Source of the DNA: a virus
Lineage: Duplodnaviria > Caudoviricetes
Direction: 5' to 3' (one strand)
IMG/VR virus record: IMGVR_UViG_3300025018_000200
Coordinates: 1 to 49,651 of that record
DNA length: 49,651 nucleotides
The translations under genes were made by a program, and so were the position numbers. Positions 1 through 9,070 of this stretch are shown piece after piece. Under the pieces are notes generated by a model. The model had not been told where the DNA came from. It saw only the letters and a list, made by a program, of their open reading frames with translations, and did not search any database. Each line of letters starts with the position of its first letter. Position 1 is the first letter of the stretch.

Positions 1-173
1 AATACGCCGGGTTCGTGGTGGTGGCTCGCTCCCTGAAGGATGCCCTGGGCTTCCACCCCGACGGGAACGAGCGTTCCGATGCGGTGAGCTACTGGGTCAC
101 CACCCCCGGGGCAATCGCCTCGTGTACGCTCGTCGGTTACGCGGCCCCTCGCGCCAAGCGCGGCGTGCTTCTC
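1..173. repeat. Terminal direct repeat, left copy
   Basis: Matches 49479-49651 except T34/C49512 and A156/C49634; indicates a circular or circularly permuted complete genome. Confidence 0.95.
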
Positions 174-193
174 GCCGACTTCCGGGCCGGCTG

Positions 194-343
194 ATGCCCC
201 CCTACCCCGCCCCCGTGGCCAAGCTGCTCCACGCCCTGGCCGAGTCCCGCCCCACCCCCGAGCAGTACGCCGCCGAGCGTACCCGCATCCTGAAGGAGGC
301 CCTGCATGGAACGTCTGACCGTCAACCTGCACGTCCGCGCTGA
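194..343 (+). CDS. Hypothetical protein (MPPYPAPVAK...)
   Basis: ATG at 194 overlaps the TGA (192-194) of the ORF that wraps from 49424; coupled-gene style typical of this arm. Confidence 0.55.
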   Translation: MPPYPAPVAKLLHALAESRPTPEQYAAERTRILKEALHGTSDRQPARPR

Positions 344-524
344 CAGCGAGCCCCGGCTCGAGATCTTCGGCAACTTCGTCGCTGTCAGCATCGGGGACGC
401 CACCCTGTTCTTCTCCCAGGGCACGCTGCCTGCCCTGCTCCGGCTCGCTGCCGTGGTCGGTCAGGCGGAGGCCGCGCTCCGGGACCTCGACGCGTCGGCC
501 GAGGAGGTGGCCGATGCCTCGTGA
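306..524 (+). CDS. Hypothetical protein
   Basis: GGAGG RBS before the ATG; GC3-rich codons. Confidence 0.7.
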   Translation: MERLTVNLHVRADSEPRLEIFGNFVAVSIGDATLFFSQGTLPALLRLAAVVGQAEAALRDLDASAEEVADAS

Positions 525-1422
525 CCCCGACGCCTACATCTCGAACGTGGACAGCCCGGAGGAGTACCCCCGGATCAGCGTCACCGAGCTCCGGGACCTG
601 CTCCGCTGCACGAAGAAGCACGACTACGCCTACCGCCAGGGGCTGAAGCCCGTCTCCACCCCCGGCTACTTCGGGAAGGGGCGCTACCTCCACGCCGTCA
701 TGGAGGCCCTGTATTCAGACCTCAAGTCCCGGGGGTCTGGGAGGAAGGGCCCTCGGCCGGAGTTCGGGGGCCTCGGTGCCCGGGCCCTGGCTGCGATGGC
801 CCTGGCCCGGGAGGCCGGGGACCCCTCCTCCGTGGTGGGGGAGCCCGACCGCCTGGAGATCGACGCGGTCGTGGCCGGGTACCTGAAGGAGCTCGACCCC
901 TCCGACATCACCGGGGTGCCGATGGTCGAGCAGGCCTTCTACGCCGACATCGGGCTGGTCAACAGCAACGGGGTCCCGGTCTTGCTCTACGGCTTCATCG
1001 ACGCGGTGCTCGACACCACGGCGGGGAGCTGGCTCGTCGAGCACAAGACCGCCAGCCGCGCCTGGTCGCTGGGGCAGTTCCTCTTCGACTACCAGACCCG
1101 GCTCTACGCCTCGGCCATCGAGGCCATCACCGGCACCCGCCCGCTGGGGACGATGTTCAACTTCTTCTACCCGAAGCGGTGGGAGTCCAAGCTGGTCTAC
1201 GTCACCCCCGAGGAGAGCGCCCTGCTGATCGAGGAGGTGCAGCGGGCCATCTACCTGCGCGACCAGGAGTCCATCGTCCGGCAGCCGCACTGGGGCTGCA
1301 ACGACTGCGGCTTCAAGAACATCTGCCACGCCGAGCTGATCGGGGCCGACTCCGACCACCTCCGCGCCACCGAGTACACCGTCGACCAGGACAAGGTCGA
1401 CCGCTTCAGCCAGGAGGACTGA
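514..1422 (+). CDS. Cas4/RecB-like PD-(D/E)XK exonuclease with a probable Fe-S cluster
   Basis: N-terminal Cys (LRCTKK), GRYLH, GFIDAV...LVEHKT, QTRLY and C-terminal GCNDCGFKNIC; lies upstream of Sak4 and SSB. Confidence 0.85.
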   Translation: MPRDPDAYISNVDSPEEYPRISVTELRDLLRCTKKHDYAYRQGLKPVSTPGYFGKGRYLHAVMEALYSDLKSRGSGRKGPRPEFGGLGARALAAMALAREAGDPSSVVGEPDRLEIDAVVAGYLKELDPSDITGVPMVEQAFYADIGLVNSNGVPVLLYGFIDAVLDTTAGSWLVEHKTASRAWSLGQFLFDYQTRLYASAIEAITGTRPLGTMFNFFYPKRWESKLVYVTPEESALLIEEVQRAIYLRDQESIVRQPHWGCNDCGFKNICHAELIGADSDHLRATEYTVDQDKVDRFSQED

Positions 1423-1775
1423 TGCCCCCGACCGCGTTCAACCTGGAGCCCGCAGCCGCCGAGCCCTCCCGCTACCGGGGGCCCCACATCTACCGGGCGA
1501 TCCCCTGCCTGGATGCCTGGGGCAGCGGGGACGGGACCGACTTCATCACCGGGGTGACCTTGGAGCGCGTCAGCCCCGAGCCCGAGTGGGACCCCATCTT
1601 CGACGACATCGCCGAGGCGGGGACGGACGCCGCCATCCACCTGCCCGAGGGCGGGCTGGTCGTCGGCCAGCTCTACACTGTCCACGTCGAGACCTACACG
1701 GACTGGGAGACCGGCATCGTCGACGACTACGACACCTACATCATGCCCTACGAGGGCACCGAGGAGACCGCATGA
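1422..1775 (+). CDS. Hypothetical acidic protein (MPPTAFNLEP...)
   Basis: TGATG coupling to the upstream gene; AGGAGG RBS. Confidence 0.7.
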   Translation: MPPTAFNLEPAAAEPSRYRGPHIYRAIPCLDAWGSGDGTDFITGVTLERVSPEPEWDPIFDDIAEAGTDAAIHLPEGGLVVGQLYTVHVETYTDWETGIVDDYDTYIMPYEGTEETA

Positions 1776-2572
1776 TCCCGAAGAGCCCGCTCCCGATCTC
1801 CACCCCCGCCGCCCTGCCCCAGTACCCGAACATCCTGCTCGGGGGCGTGGCCGGCGCCGGCAAGACCGCCTTCCTGGGCAGCGTCGGTCCCGACGACAAG
1901 GCCCTGATCCTCGACACCGAGGGGGGCTCGGTCACCTACCAGTCCCGCTGGTTCCTGGAGCAGCCGACCTCGGCCAAGCTCGAGAACCTGCACATCATCG
2001 GGTTCGACGACTGCACCACCGCCCAGGAGGTCGTGCAGCGTGTCGAGGGCACGCTCGACTACCTGATCCGCACGAAGAACAGCGACGGGTACAGCCTCTT
2101 CGCGCTCGACTCGCTCACCGAGTTCCAGCAGAAGTTCCTGTCCCTGCACGCCGCCCCCGACCCCCGGCAGTCCTACGGGGCCCTGAAGGACAGCCTCTAC
2201 AGCATCGTCCACAAGGCCCGGCAGGCCCAGCTGGTGACCGTCTTCACGGCCCGCCTGAAGGCCACCGAGGACGAGGTGCTGAAGCGGGAGATCGTCCGCC
2301 CGGACGTCAGCCCCGCCGTCTGGTCCCTGGTCTCGGGCCTCTTCGACGACATCGGGTTCCTCGACCTCACCGTCCAGGGCGTCACGACCAAGCGCGTCCT
2401 GGACTTCTCGCACCGCGTCCGGCACCAGGGCAAGGACCGCCACGGGTTCGGGTCCCTGGCCAACCCCACCATGATCGAGCTGCTGGAGAAGTTGAAGGGA
2501 GGCACCGCTCCGGCCGCACCCACCCGTCCCGCCCCGCGTCCCCAAGCCCCTCGCCCGGCGCCCCGCGCCTGA
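1772..2572 (+). CDS. Sak4-like (AAA_24) single-strand annealing ATPase
   Basis: Walker A GVAGAGKT, ILDTEGGS, Walker B FALDSLTE and C-terminal GKDR; ATG at 1772 with GAGGAG RBS; sits between the exonuclease and SSB. Confidence 0.85.
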   Translation: MIPKSPLPISTPAALPQYPNILLGGVAGAGKTAFLGSVGPDDKALILDTEGGSVTYQSRWFLEQPTSAKLENLHIIGFDDCTTAQEVVQRVEGTLDYLIRTKNSDGYSLFALDSLTEFQQKFLSLHAAPDPRQSYGALKDSLYSIVHKARQAQLVTVFTARLKATEDEVLKREIVRPDVSPAVWSLVSGLFDDIGFLDLTVQGVTTKRVLDFSHRVRHQGKDRHGFGSLANPTMIELLEKLKGGTAPAAPTRPAPRPQAPRPAPRA

Positions 2573-2586
2573 CCTAGGAGATCTAC

Positions 2587-3021
2587 ATGGCATCGTTCGT
2601 CGTCGACACCAGCAAGGCCGAGTCCTTCATCGGGGACTTCCCCCTCGGGCCCACCGAGGCCACCGTCACGTCCGTCAAGGCGGACATCTCGAAGAAGGGC
2701 GGGGCGATGCTGGTCCTGGAGCTCCAGCTCTACCACCCGTCCGTCGGCAGCGCGACCCTGAAGGACTGGCTCCCGGAGTCGTTCCCCTCGAAGGTCAAGG
2801 CCTTCTGGATGGCGATCAACGACTTCACCCACGAGCAGATGGCCGCCAACCCGGTCGTCGAGATCAACCCGCCGGACCTGGTCGGCGCCCAGCTGATCGT
2901 CCAGATCGGCGAGCAGGAAGACGAGAAGGAGAAGAAGACCTACAAGAAGATCGTCGCCCCCTGGTACTACCCGATCTCGCGCGTCGACCTCCTCGCCGCG
3001 CAGGAGGACACCCCGCTGTGA
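2587..3021 (+). CDS. Single-stranded DNA-binding protein (DUF669-like)
   Basis: SKKGGAMLVLEL and DLVGAQLIV motifs, acidic tail ending EDTPL, directly after Sak4. Confidence 0.7.
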   Translation: MASFVVDTSKAESFIGDFPLGPTEATVTSVKADISKKGGAMLVLELQLYHPSVGSATLKDWLPESFPSKVKAFWMAINDFTHEQMAANPVVEINPPDLVGAQLIVQIGEQEDEKEKKTYKKIVAPWYYPISRVDLLAAQEDTPL

Positions 3022-3290
3022 AGCACCAGATGTTCGGCATCGGCTACGAGTTCGACCCTTCCGTCCTCTACGGCAACCTCCCCTCCTCCCCGGCCACCAA
3101 GGCCCGGGAGGGGGTGGAGCAGGCCCTGCGCGAGGTGAACGCCTCCGACGCCTGGCACCCGAACCCCACCCGAACCGCCATTCGCCGGGGCACGCTCGAG
3201 GCTCTCGCCACGGGCGCCTGGAGCCAGGGCTACGACGACGGCTACGCTCAGGCCAAGCGGGACGTGCTCGATGCCCTCGGCCGCGACTGA
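3018..3290 (+). CDS. Hypothetical protein
   Basis: GTGA overlap with SSB; GGAGG RBS. Confidence 0.65.
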   Translation: MKHQMFGIGYEFDPSVLYGNLPSSPATKAREGVEQALREVNASDAWHPNPTRTAIRRGTLEALATGAWSQGYDDGYAQAKRDVLDALGRD

Positions 3291-3534
3291 GGCGCCGACC
3301 CGGGAGAGCGCGGCCAGCGAGGGCAAGCTCGACGACCTGACCCGCAGCGACGGGGGCGTCATGCCCCTCCTCACCGAGGTGCTCTCGATCATCGAGGGCA
3401 CCCCGGCGGGGGTCGTGCGCGTCGAACGCCTGACCTACGCCATCCGCACCGCCCTCCTGCATGCCCGAGGCGAGGCGTACCTGGACGGGGCCCACAGGGC
3501 CAAGCTGGAGGTGCGCCGTGCCATCGGACTCTGA
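3271..3534 (+). CDS. Hypothetical protein
   Basis: Fills the operon; its C-terminus (AYLDGAHRAKLEVRRAIG) resembles that of the previous ORF (GYDDGYAQAKRDVLDALG). Confidence 0.6.
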   Translation: MPSAATEAPTRESAASEGKLDDLTRSDGGVMPLLTEVLSIIEGTPAGVVRVERLTYAIRTALLHARGEAYLDGAHRAKLEVRRAIGL

Positions 3535-3874
3535 GGTCACACGCGCCTCGATCCTGGACGAGGCCAAGGGCTACGTCCACAAGGACCGCAACAGCAACTA
3601 CGGGGACCCGGAGGACAACTTCCTGGTCATCGCCGAGCTGATGCGGGCCTACCTGAAGCGCCGCTTCAACGTCGAGATCCCGCTCATGGCCTACGACGTG
3701 ACCCCGCTCATGTTCTGCGTGAAGCTGGGCCGTCTCGCCCACAACCCGTTCCACCACGACAGCTACGTCGACATGGCCGGCTACGCTGCGGCCGGCGGAG
3801 AGGTGGCCGCCATCTGGAACGAGCTCGCCCGAGGCATGAAGACCCTCATGCCCGAAGAGGACCCTGATGCCTGA
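3518..3874 (+). CDS. DUF6378-like phage protein
   Basis: ILDEAKGYVHKDRNSNYGDPEDNF...VKLGR...DSYVDMAGYAA pattern; GTG start at 3518 after GGAGG. Confidence 0.8.
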   Translation: MPSDSEVTRASILDEAKGYVHKDRNSNYGDPEDNFLVIAELMRAYLKRRFNVEIPLMAYDVTPLMFCVKLGRLAHNPFHHDSYVDMAGYAAAGGEVAAIWNELARGMKTLMPEEDPDA

Positions 3875-4052
3875 CGACATCGTGGAGGTGGCTTCGGCCA
3901 CCTCCTTCTCCCTCGCTGACCTGGAGCGTGCATACGCCGACGGGGTCGAGGACCTGGCCGACAAGGTCATTGAGCTGGTCTACCAATCCGACTACGAGAT
4001 CACCCTGCAGGAGGTCATCGACTTCTGCGAGGCCGAGAAGGGAGCCGCATGA
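3867..4052 (+). CDS. Hypothetical acidic protein
   Basis: GAGGA RBS; overlaps its neighbours. Confidence 0.6.
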   Translation: MPDDIVEVASATSFSLADLERAYADGVEDLADKVIELVYQSDYEITLQEVIDFCEAEKGAA

Positions 4053-4330
4053 ACCGAAACGACAACGCCTACCGAGGTCGCCTGTTCTCGCAGGGGGCCC
4101 ACTACCTGGTGGGGGAGGGACGCCCCCAGTCCGTCCGCATCCTCGCCACCCGCCCCGCCACCGACACCGAGCCCGCCAAGGTCCTGGTTCGCCACACGGA
4201 CGGGCACGAGCGCCTCGTCCCCCGCGACTGGATCTCGAAGGAGCCGCGCCGCTTCAACCGGAACAGCCCCATCCGCCGGGCCCGACGCGCCGCCGCCCAG
4301 CTCCTGACCGCCTTCGGGGTGCGTGCGTGA
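4049..4330 (+). CDS. Hypothetical protein
   Basis: ATGA overlap; GGGAG RBS. Confidence 0.65.
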   Translation: MNRNDNAYRGRLFSQGAHYLVGEGRPQSVRILATRPATDTEPAKVLVRHTDGHERLVPRDWISKEPRRFNRNSPIRRARRAAAQLLTAFGVRA

Positions 4331-4857
4331 GCGCCCCCTTCCAGAGCTTCGGGAAGATCCCCCGCCTGGCCAAGGTCAACATGGTGGTGACCGAGAAGAT
4401 CGACGGGACCAACGCCTGCGTGGTCATCACCGAGGACGGCGAGGTCTCCGCCCAGTCCCGCACCCGGGTCATCGTGCCGGGGGACGACAACTTCGGCTTC
4501 GCCGCCTGGGTCCAGGAGAACGCCACCGAGCTCCGCGCCCTCGGCCCGGGCTACCACTTCGGGGAATGGTACGGGCGTGGCATCCAGCGCTCCTACCACA
4601 TGCAGGACCGCCGCTTCGCGCTCTTCAACGTCCAGCGCTGGGGCGAGCAGCGCCCGGAGTGCTGCGAGGTCGTCCCCCTCCTGTACCACGGGCCCCTCAG
4701 CACCGAGGAGCTGGACTACCACCTCGACGTCCTGGCCATCTCCGGGTCCCGCATCGACCCCGGGACCCCCGCCGAGGGGGTCATGATCTACCTCACCGCC
4801 ATCGGGACCTACATCAAGCACCCCTTCGATCCGCGCCCCAAGGGAGCCACCCAGTGA
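4327..4857 (+). CDS. RNA ligase (Rnl2-like nucleotidyltransferase domain)
   Basis: FGKIPRL, motif I TEKIDGTN, QSR, DNFGFA, motif III FGEWYG, motif IIIa FALFN, motif IV EGVMI; GTG start at 4327. Confidence 0.85.
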   Translation: MSAPFQSFGKIPRLAKVNMVVTEKIDGTNACVVITEDGEVSAQSRTRVIVPGDDNFGFAAWVQENATELRALGPGYHFGEWYGRGIQRSYHMQDRRFALFNVQRWGEQRPECCEVVPLLYHGPLSTEELDYHLDVLAISGSRIDPGTPAEGVMIYLTAIGTYIKHPFDPRPKGATQ

Positions 4858-5249
4858 ACGACACCCCCGATCCCACCCCCCTCGCCGACTGGGAGGACGT
4901 CACCCTCACCTTGCTCTACGTCAACGGGCGTGAGGTGGGCTCCCAGCAGGTCCGCATCGTCCGCTCCGAGGTCGAGGCGGAAGAGCGGGCCGACGCCACC
5001 GCCCGGGCGCACGAGGTCTATCACCAGGACGACGACCGCCTGGCCGGGGCCCTGGAGGAGATCGCCGAGTGGACCCTGTCCGCCGAGGAGTTCCGCGACC
5101 GCATCCTCCGCAACGCCCAGCGGATGGTCACCAGCCCCGTCCAGGTGGCCGGCAAAGAGCCCCACGAGTTCAAGATCCTCCCCCCGTGGGCGGTGAAGGG
5201 GCTGCTGATCGAGGTCAACAACCTCAAGTCCCGCATCGTCAAGGCCTGA
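4854..5249 (+). CDS. Hypothetical protein (VNDTPDPTPL...)
   Basis: GTGA overlap with the ligase stop; GC3-rich frame. Confidence 0.7.
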   Translation: MNDTPDPTPLADWEDVTLTLLYVNGREVGSQQVRIVRSEVEAEERADATARAHEVYHQDDDRLAGALEEIAEWTLSAEEFRDRILRNAQRMVTSPVQVAGKEPHEFKILPPWAVKGLLIEVNNLKSRIVKA

Positions 5250-5252
5250 CGT

Positions 5253-5471
5253 GTGTTCTCCATCCGCGCCGCCATCGGGGGCTACGTCGTCGAGCGTGTG
5301 GAACCAGTACAGGGCGAGGTTGAGGAAGAAATCGTCTTCACTACCAAAGCTGCTGCACTCGGATTCCTACGAGCCGAGCTTCCTCCCAGCGAAGAAGGCC
5401 CAGATCCAAATGCCGCTGGCGGAGCCCACCCCCAAGGCCCTCGGGATCCGGTGGGAGATGTCTCTCCGTAG
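5253..5471 (+). CDS. Hypothetical protein
   Basis: Fills the gap, but codon usage is atypical and the RBS is weak. Confidence 0.4.
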   Translation: MFSIRAAIGGYVVERVEPVQGEVEEEIVFTTKAAALGFLRAELPPSEEGPDPNAAGGAHPQGPRDPVGDVSP

Positions 5472-5646
5472 GACCCCCCTCCGACACCGCTGCGGGTACG
5501 TCCCCCTCAAGACATGCGCCGATCTTGAGGAGGTCGGGATCCCGCTCCGGCAGATCGGCTCGACACAGGACCTGGGCTACAACGCGGTCATGTTCCAGTG
5601 CCCGGTGTGCCACCAGGTGATGACGGAGCACGAAGCGTACCGATGA
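5458..5646 (+). CDS. Small zinc-ribbon-like protein
   Basis: HRCG...TC...CPVCH motifs; start chosen as ATG 5458. Confidence 0.5.
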   Translation: MSLRRTPLRHRCGYVPLKTCADLEEVGIPLRQIGSTQDLGYNAVMFQCPVCHQVMTEHEAYR

Positions 5647-5825
5647 CCCCCCTCGTCGGCATCTCCTTCTTCGCCATCTTCATCGGGGGCGTGGCCGCCT
5701 TCTTCAACGCCCCCGCCTGGGTCATGGCCGCCACGCTGATCTTCTTCCTGGCCGCCGGCCCGACGTACATCGTGATCACGCGCGTCAGCGATGCCGTCCG
5801 TACCCCCTTGCGCGACTCCCAGTAG
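5643..5825 (+). CDS. Small membrane protein (two hydrophobic segments)
   Basis: MTPLVGISFFAIFIGGVAAFF...WVMAATLIFFLAAGPTYIVI; ATGA overlap. Confidence 0.7.
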   Translation: MTPLVGISFFAIFIGGVAAFFNAPAWVMAATLIFFLAAGPTYIVITRVSDAVRTPLRDSQ

Positions 5826-5835
5826 GAGCACCACC

Positions 5836-6069
5836 ATGGCCGATACCGTCACGACCAAGCCGCCCTTTGACATCGTCGGGGACCTGATCTACGACTCCAA
5901 GCTCTTCTACACCGTCGAGACCCTGGTCGCCCGCACGGGGCTGTCCGAGTACCAGGTCCGCACCGCACTCAAGACCCTGCACGAGCAGGGCGAGGTCCTG
6001 ATCGGGCGTCTGGCCGGAGTGGGCGCCGGGCGTCCCACTCAAGTGTTCTTCTCCGAAGGAGCTTTCTGA
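5836..6069 (+). CDS. Winged-HTH DNA-binding protein
   Basis: TVETLVARTGLSEYQVRTALKTLHEQGEV...GAGRP; AGGAG RBS before ATG 5836. Confidence 0.7.
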   Translation: MADTVTTKPPFDIVGDLIYDSKLFYTVETLVARTGLSEYQVRTALKTLHEQGEVLIGRLAGVGAGRPTQVFFSEGAF

Positions 6070-6320
6070 TGCAGATCCCCGAAGTGCTCGACGTCGAAGA
6101 CATCTCCCACACCACCTTCCAGGCGCTCAGCTTCATCGAGCGTGCGAGCGATGCCCAGCTGACCGCCTTCTTCGCGCTCACCCCGCTGTCGCAGGACCCC
6201 GACGCGCTCCTCGAGTACGTCGCCATCTTCCGCTCCCGGGTCGAGCTGATCGCCGACATCATCGCCCGGCAGCTGGGCCTGCGCGGGCCGGAGGAGCCTG
6301 AGGACGCCGACGAGGAGTGA
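6069..6320 (+). CDS. Hypothetical protein
   Basis: TGATG coupling; AAGGAG RBS. Confidence 0.65.
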   Translation: MQIPEVLDVEDISHTTFQALSFIERASDAQLTAFFALTPLSQDPDALLEYVAIFRSRVELIADIIARQLGLRGPEEPEDADEE

Positions 6321-8239
6321 TGGATACCCCCGCTCGCGTCCTGTCCTCCCTGATCGCCTTCGGCAAGTACGCTCGCTGGTGGGGGGAGCTCGGTCGCCGG
6401 GAGACCTTCGAGGAGGTGGTCGCCCGTGACTACCAGATGCTCGTCGACCAGATCGACTACCTTTCTCTCCCCCACGGCAACACTGACGTCCTCCTGCACG
6501 AGCTGAAGTACGCCTTCCGTCGCGTCCTGCGGCGGGAAATCCTCCCCGCCATGAGGGCTCTCCAGTTCGCTGGGGAGCCCATCTTCAGGGACAACAACCG
6601 GATCTACAACTGCGGCTTCATGCACGCCCGACGCCCGGCCTTCTTCAAGGAGCTGATGTTCCTGCTCCTGGGCGGGTCGGGGATCGGGTACAGCGTGCAG
6701 CGACACCACGTCGGCCAGCTGCCGGTGCTCCGCCCGCCTGGCCCTGAGCGCAAGTACCTGGTCCAGGACAGCGTCATCGGCTGGGCCCTGGCGGTCGACA
6801 CCCTGGTCAAGGCGTACTTCTTCGGGGCCCCGCTCCCTCGCTTCGACTTCTCCGAGGTCCGGCCCGCCGGCACGGTCCTGAAGACCAGCGGAGGCAAGGC
6901 CCCCGGCCCCGCCAAGCTGCGTGAGGCGCTCGAGCACACCCGCTCGATCCTCGAGATGCGCCTCGCCCACCCCGACCCGGCGCTCCGCCCCATCGACGTC
7001 CACGACATCGCCTGCTTCCTGGCCGACGCGGTCGTCTCGGGTGGCATCCGCCGCTCGGCGATGATCGCGCTCTTCAGCCCGGACGACCAGGAGATGCTCC
7101 ACGCCAAGAGCGGGCGCTGGTGGGACCTCGAAGACCAGCGTGCGCTGGCGAACAACAGCGCGGTCCTGCTCCGGGGCGAGGACGACCACCTGTTCGACTC
7201 CGTCTTCACGGCGCTGTCGACCAGCGGCTCCGGCGAGCCCGGGATCTTCTGGACGAACGACCGCGAGATGGGCACGAACCCCTGCGCGGAGATCGCCCTG
7301 CACGACATGCAGTTCTGCAACCTGACGACGATCAACGTCAGCGACGTTACCGGCCAGGAGGACCTGGACTGGCGGGCGTGGTCGGCGGCCATCATCGGCA
7401 CGGTGCAGGCCACCTTCACCGACTTCCACTTCCTTGACCCGGGCTGGAAGGAGACCACCGAGCGGGAGCGTCTGGTCGGGGTCAGCATGACGGGGATCGC
7501 CAGCGGCAAGATCGACGGCCTGGACCTGGCCCGGGCGGCCGACAAGGCACGTCAGGCCAACGCCCTGGCCTCGCAGCTGCTCGGCATCCGGCCGGCGGCG
7601 CGGGTCACCACCATCAAGCCCGAGGGCACCGCCAGCCTGGTCGTGGGCTCCAGCTCAGGGATCCACGCCTGGCACGCGCCCTACTACATCCGCCGCACCC
7701 GCTTTCACAAGACGGAGGCGGTCGCCCAGTACCTGCTCCGCAAGCTGCCGTACCGCCCCGAGCACGACCCGGCCTTCCCCTTCCCGCTCGAGGACGCGGT
7801 CGGTGACCCCAACACGCTGGTCCTCTCGGTCCCGACCCGGGCCCCCGAGGGCGCCGTCACGCGGGACGACGAGACCGCGCTCACCCTGCTCGACCGGGTA
7901 GCACACGTCACACGGGACTGGATCTTGCCCGGGCACCGCTCCGGCCCCAACCGGAACAACGTCTCGGCCACGGTCAGCGTGCGCCCCGAGGAGTGGGAGC
8001 AGGTCCGGCAGTGGATGTGGCGCAACCGGGAGCTCTACTCCGGGATCGCGCTGCTCCCGTACGACGGGGGGACCTACACCCAGGCCCCCTTCCAGGAGAT
8101 CGACGCTGACACCTACGACCTGCTGGCGATCCAGTTCACCGACATCGACGTGACCGAGATCGACGAGACCTCGGACTACACCACCCTGGCCGGCGAGGCA
8201 GCCTGCGCAGGGGGAGCCTGCGAGGTGAGCTGGGCATGA
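6317..8239 (+). CDS. nrdJ: Class II (adenosylcobalamin-dependent) ribonucleotide reductase, monomeric RTPR-like
   Basis: KYAR...RRET, PAMRALQFAG, YNCGF, SGGIRRSA, GEPG, TNPCAEI, FCNL, TTIKPEGT and C-terminal ACAGGACEV; no beta-subunit gene in the genome. Confidence 0.92.
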   Translation: MMDTPARVLSSLIAFGKYARWWGELGRRETFEEVVARDYQMLVDQIDYLSLPHGNTDVLLHELKYAFRRVLRREILPAMRALQFAGEPIFRDNNRIYNCGFMHARRPAFFKELMFLLLGGSGIGYSVQRHHVGQLPVLRPPGPERKYLVQDSVIGWALAVDTLVKAYFFGAPLPRFDFSEVRPAGTVLKTSGGKAPGPAKLREALEHTRSILEMRLAHPDPALRPIDVHDIACFLADAVVSGGIRRSAMIALFSPDDQEMLHAKSGRWWDLEDQRALANNSAVLLRGEDDHLFDSVFTALSTSGSGEPGIFWTNDREMGTNPCAEIALHDMQFCNLTTINVSDVTGQEDLDWRAWSAAIIGTVQATFTDFHFLDPGWKETTERERLVGVSMTGIASGKIDGLDLARAADKARQANALASQLLGIRPAARVTTIKPEGTASLVVGSSSGIHAWHAPYYIRRTRFHKTEAVAQYLLRKLPYRPEHDPAFPFPLEDAVGDPNTLVLSVPTRAPEGAVTRDDETALTLLDRVAHVTRDWILPGHRSGPNRNNVSATVSVRPEEWEQVRQWMWRNRELYSGIALLPYDGGTYTQAPFQEIDADTYDLLAIQFTDIDVTEIDETSDYTTLAGEAACAGGACEVSWA

Positions 8240-8364
8240 CCCTCTACGAACGCGCGATGGTCTTCTACCTTCGGGCCCTCTGCGAGATCGAGGCCTGGTG
8301 GATCCGGGCGGTCTTCACCTGGCGACTCCGTCGAGCGGTGGAGAGGTTCCGCCGTGGCCGCTGA
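8236..8364 (+). CDS. Small hypothetical protein (MTLYERAMVFYL..., 42 aa)
   Basis: ATGA overlap with the nrdJ stop; bridges to the next gene; below the ORF-track cutoff. Confidence 0.45.
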   Translation: MTLYERAMVFYLRALCEIEAWWIRAVFTWRLRRAVERFRRGR

Positions 8365-8608
8365 GCCCTTCACCCACCGCACCCGGGACGGGCGCACCCT
8401 GAGCTGGACCGGGCTCAACGTCTGCGTCTGCGCCAAGTGCGACGAGATCTTCGGCAGCCCGGCCGCCTTCGACGCTCACCTCAGGCGCCCGTCTGGGGGT
8501 GGGGCGGCCCCCGCCACGCATGACACCTCGAGGCTCTTCCGCAACGCCAAGGGGTGGCTGGTGACGGAGCTCTGGAATCCCACCCAAGTCCAGGGGTCCT
8601 CAACCTGA
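8354..8608 (+). CDS. Phage FDXHR-type zinc-binding protein
   Basis: WTG...CVCAKCDEIFGSPAAFDAH pattern. Confidence 0.7.
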   Translation: MAAEPFTHRTRDGRTLSWTGLNVCVCAKCDEIFGSPAAFDAHLRRPSGGGAAPATHDTSRLFRNAKGWLVTELWNPTQVQGSST

Positions 8609-8618
8609 GCTCTTCCAC

Positions 8619-8649
8619 GAGGGGGTCGGCTGTACTAGCCCACCCCCTC
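8619..8649 (+). promoter_or_regulatory. Intergenic stem-loop upstream of the lipoprotein gene
   Basis: GAGGGGGT-C-GGCT-gtact-AGCC-C-ACCCCCTC; no U-tract. Confidence 0.5.
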
Positions 8650-8675
8650 CCCATTCCCAGAACCCCGGAGGTTCC

Positions 8676-9065
8676 ATGAAGCGAGCCCTGATCGCCCTGA
8701 CCCTGGCAGCCGTCGTGCTGCTGACCGCCTGCGAGACCGAGGCCACGATGGCCTCCTACAACGTCTCGCGTGCGGCCGAGCAGTTCGAGATCGAGCGCCG
8801 GATCGTCTTCTTCAACGGCATCACCGACCAGTACCTGCTCTCCATCGAGGGCCTGTGCTCCATCGAGGCCGACGCGGCCGACGCCCAGCTCGAGGTGACC
8901 TGCAAGACCAGCTCCTCCGGCTACAAGAAGCACTTCCTCGGCCTGAGCGACAACGTCACCTACTTCGTGGAGCAGCTCGACGCCGCTGAGGTAGGGGTCT
9001 ACCGCTACCGGGTCATCTTCCGCCCCACGACCATCATCCCCAACATCGACCTCGCCACCCCTTGA
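8676..9065 (+). CDS. Conserved phage lipoprotein
   Basis: Signal peptide with lipobox LTAC; ASYNVSRAAEQFEIERRIVFFNGITDQYLLSIEGLCS resembles a widespread phage family. Confidence 0.8.
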   Translation: MKRALIALTLAAVVLLTACETEATMASYNVSRAAEQFEIERRIVFFNGITDQYLLSIEGLCSIEADAADAQLEVTCKTSSSGYKKHFLGLSDNVTYFVEQLDAAEVGVYRYRVIFRPTTIIPNIDLATP

Positions 9066-9070
9066 ACGAC

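Noticed and set aside
514-1422. Cas4-like gene as part of a CRISPR-Cas system
   Set aside because: No cas1/cas2 and no repeat-spacer array; it sits in a Sak4-SSB recombination module.
6317-8239. Intron or intein in nrdJ (also checked polA and terL)
   Set aside because: The ORFs are continuous and of normal length, with no splice-junction or homing endonuclease motifs.
8676-9065. Recombination directionality factor, a label sometimes given to this family
   Set aside because: It has a signal peptide and lipobox, and the genome has no integrase.
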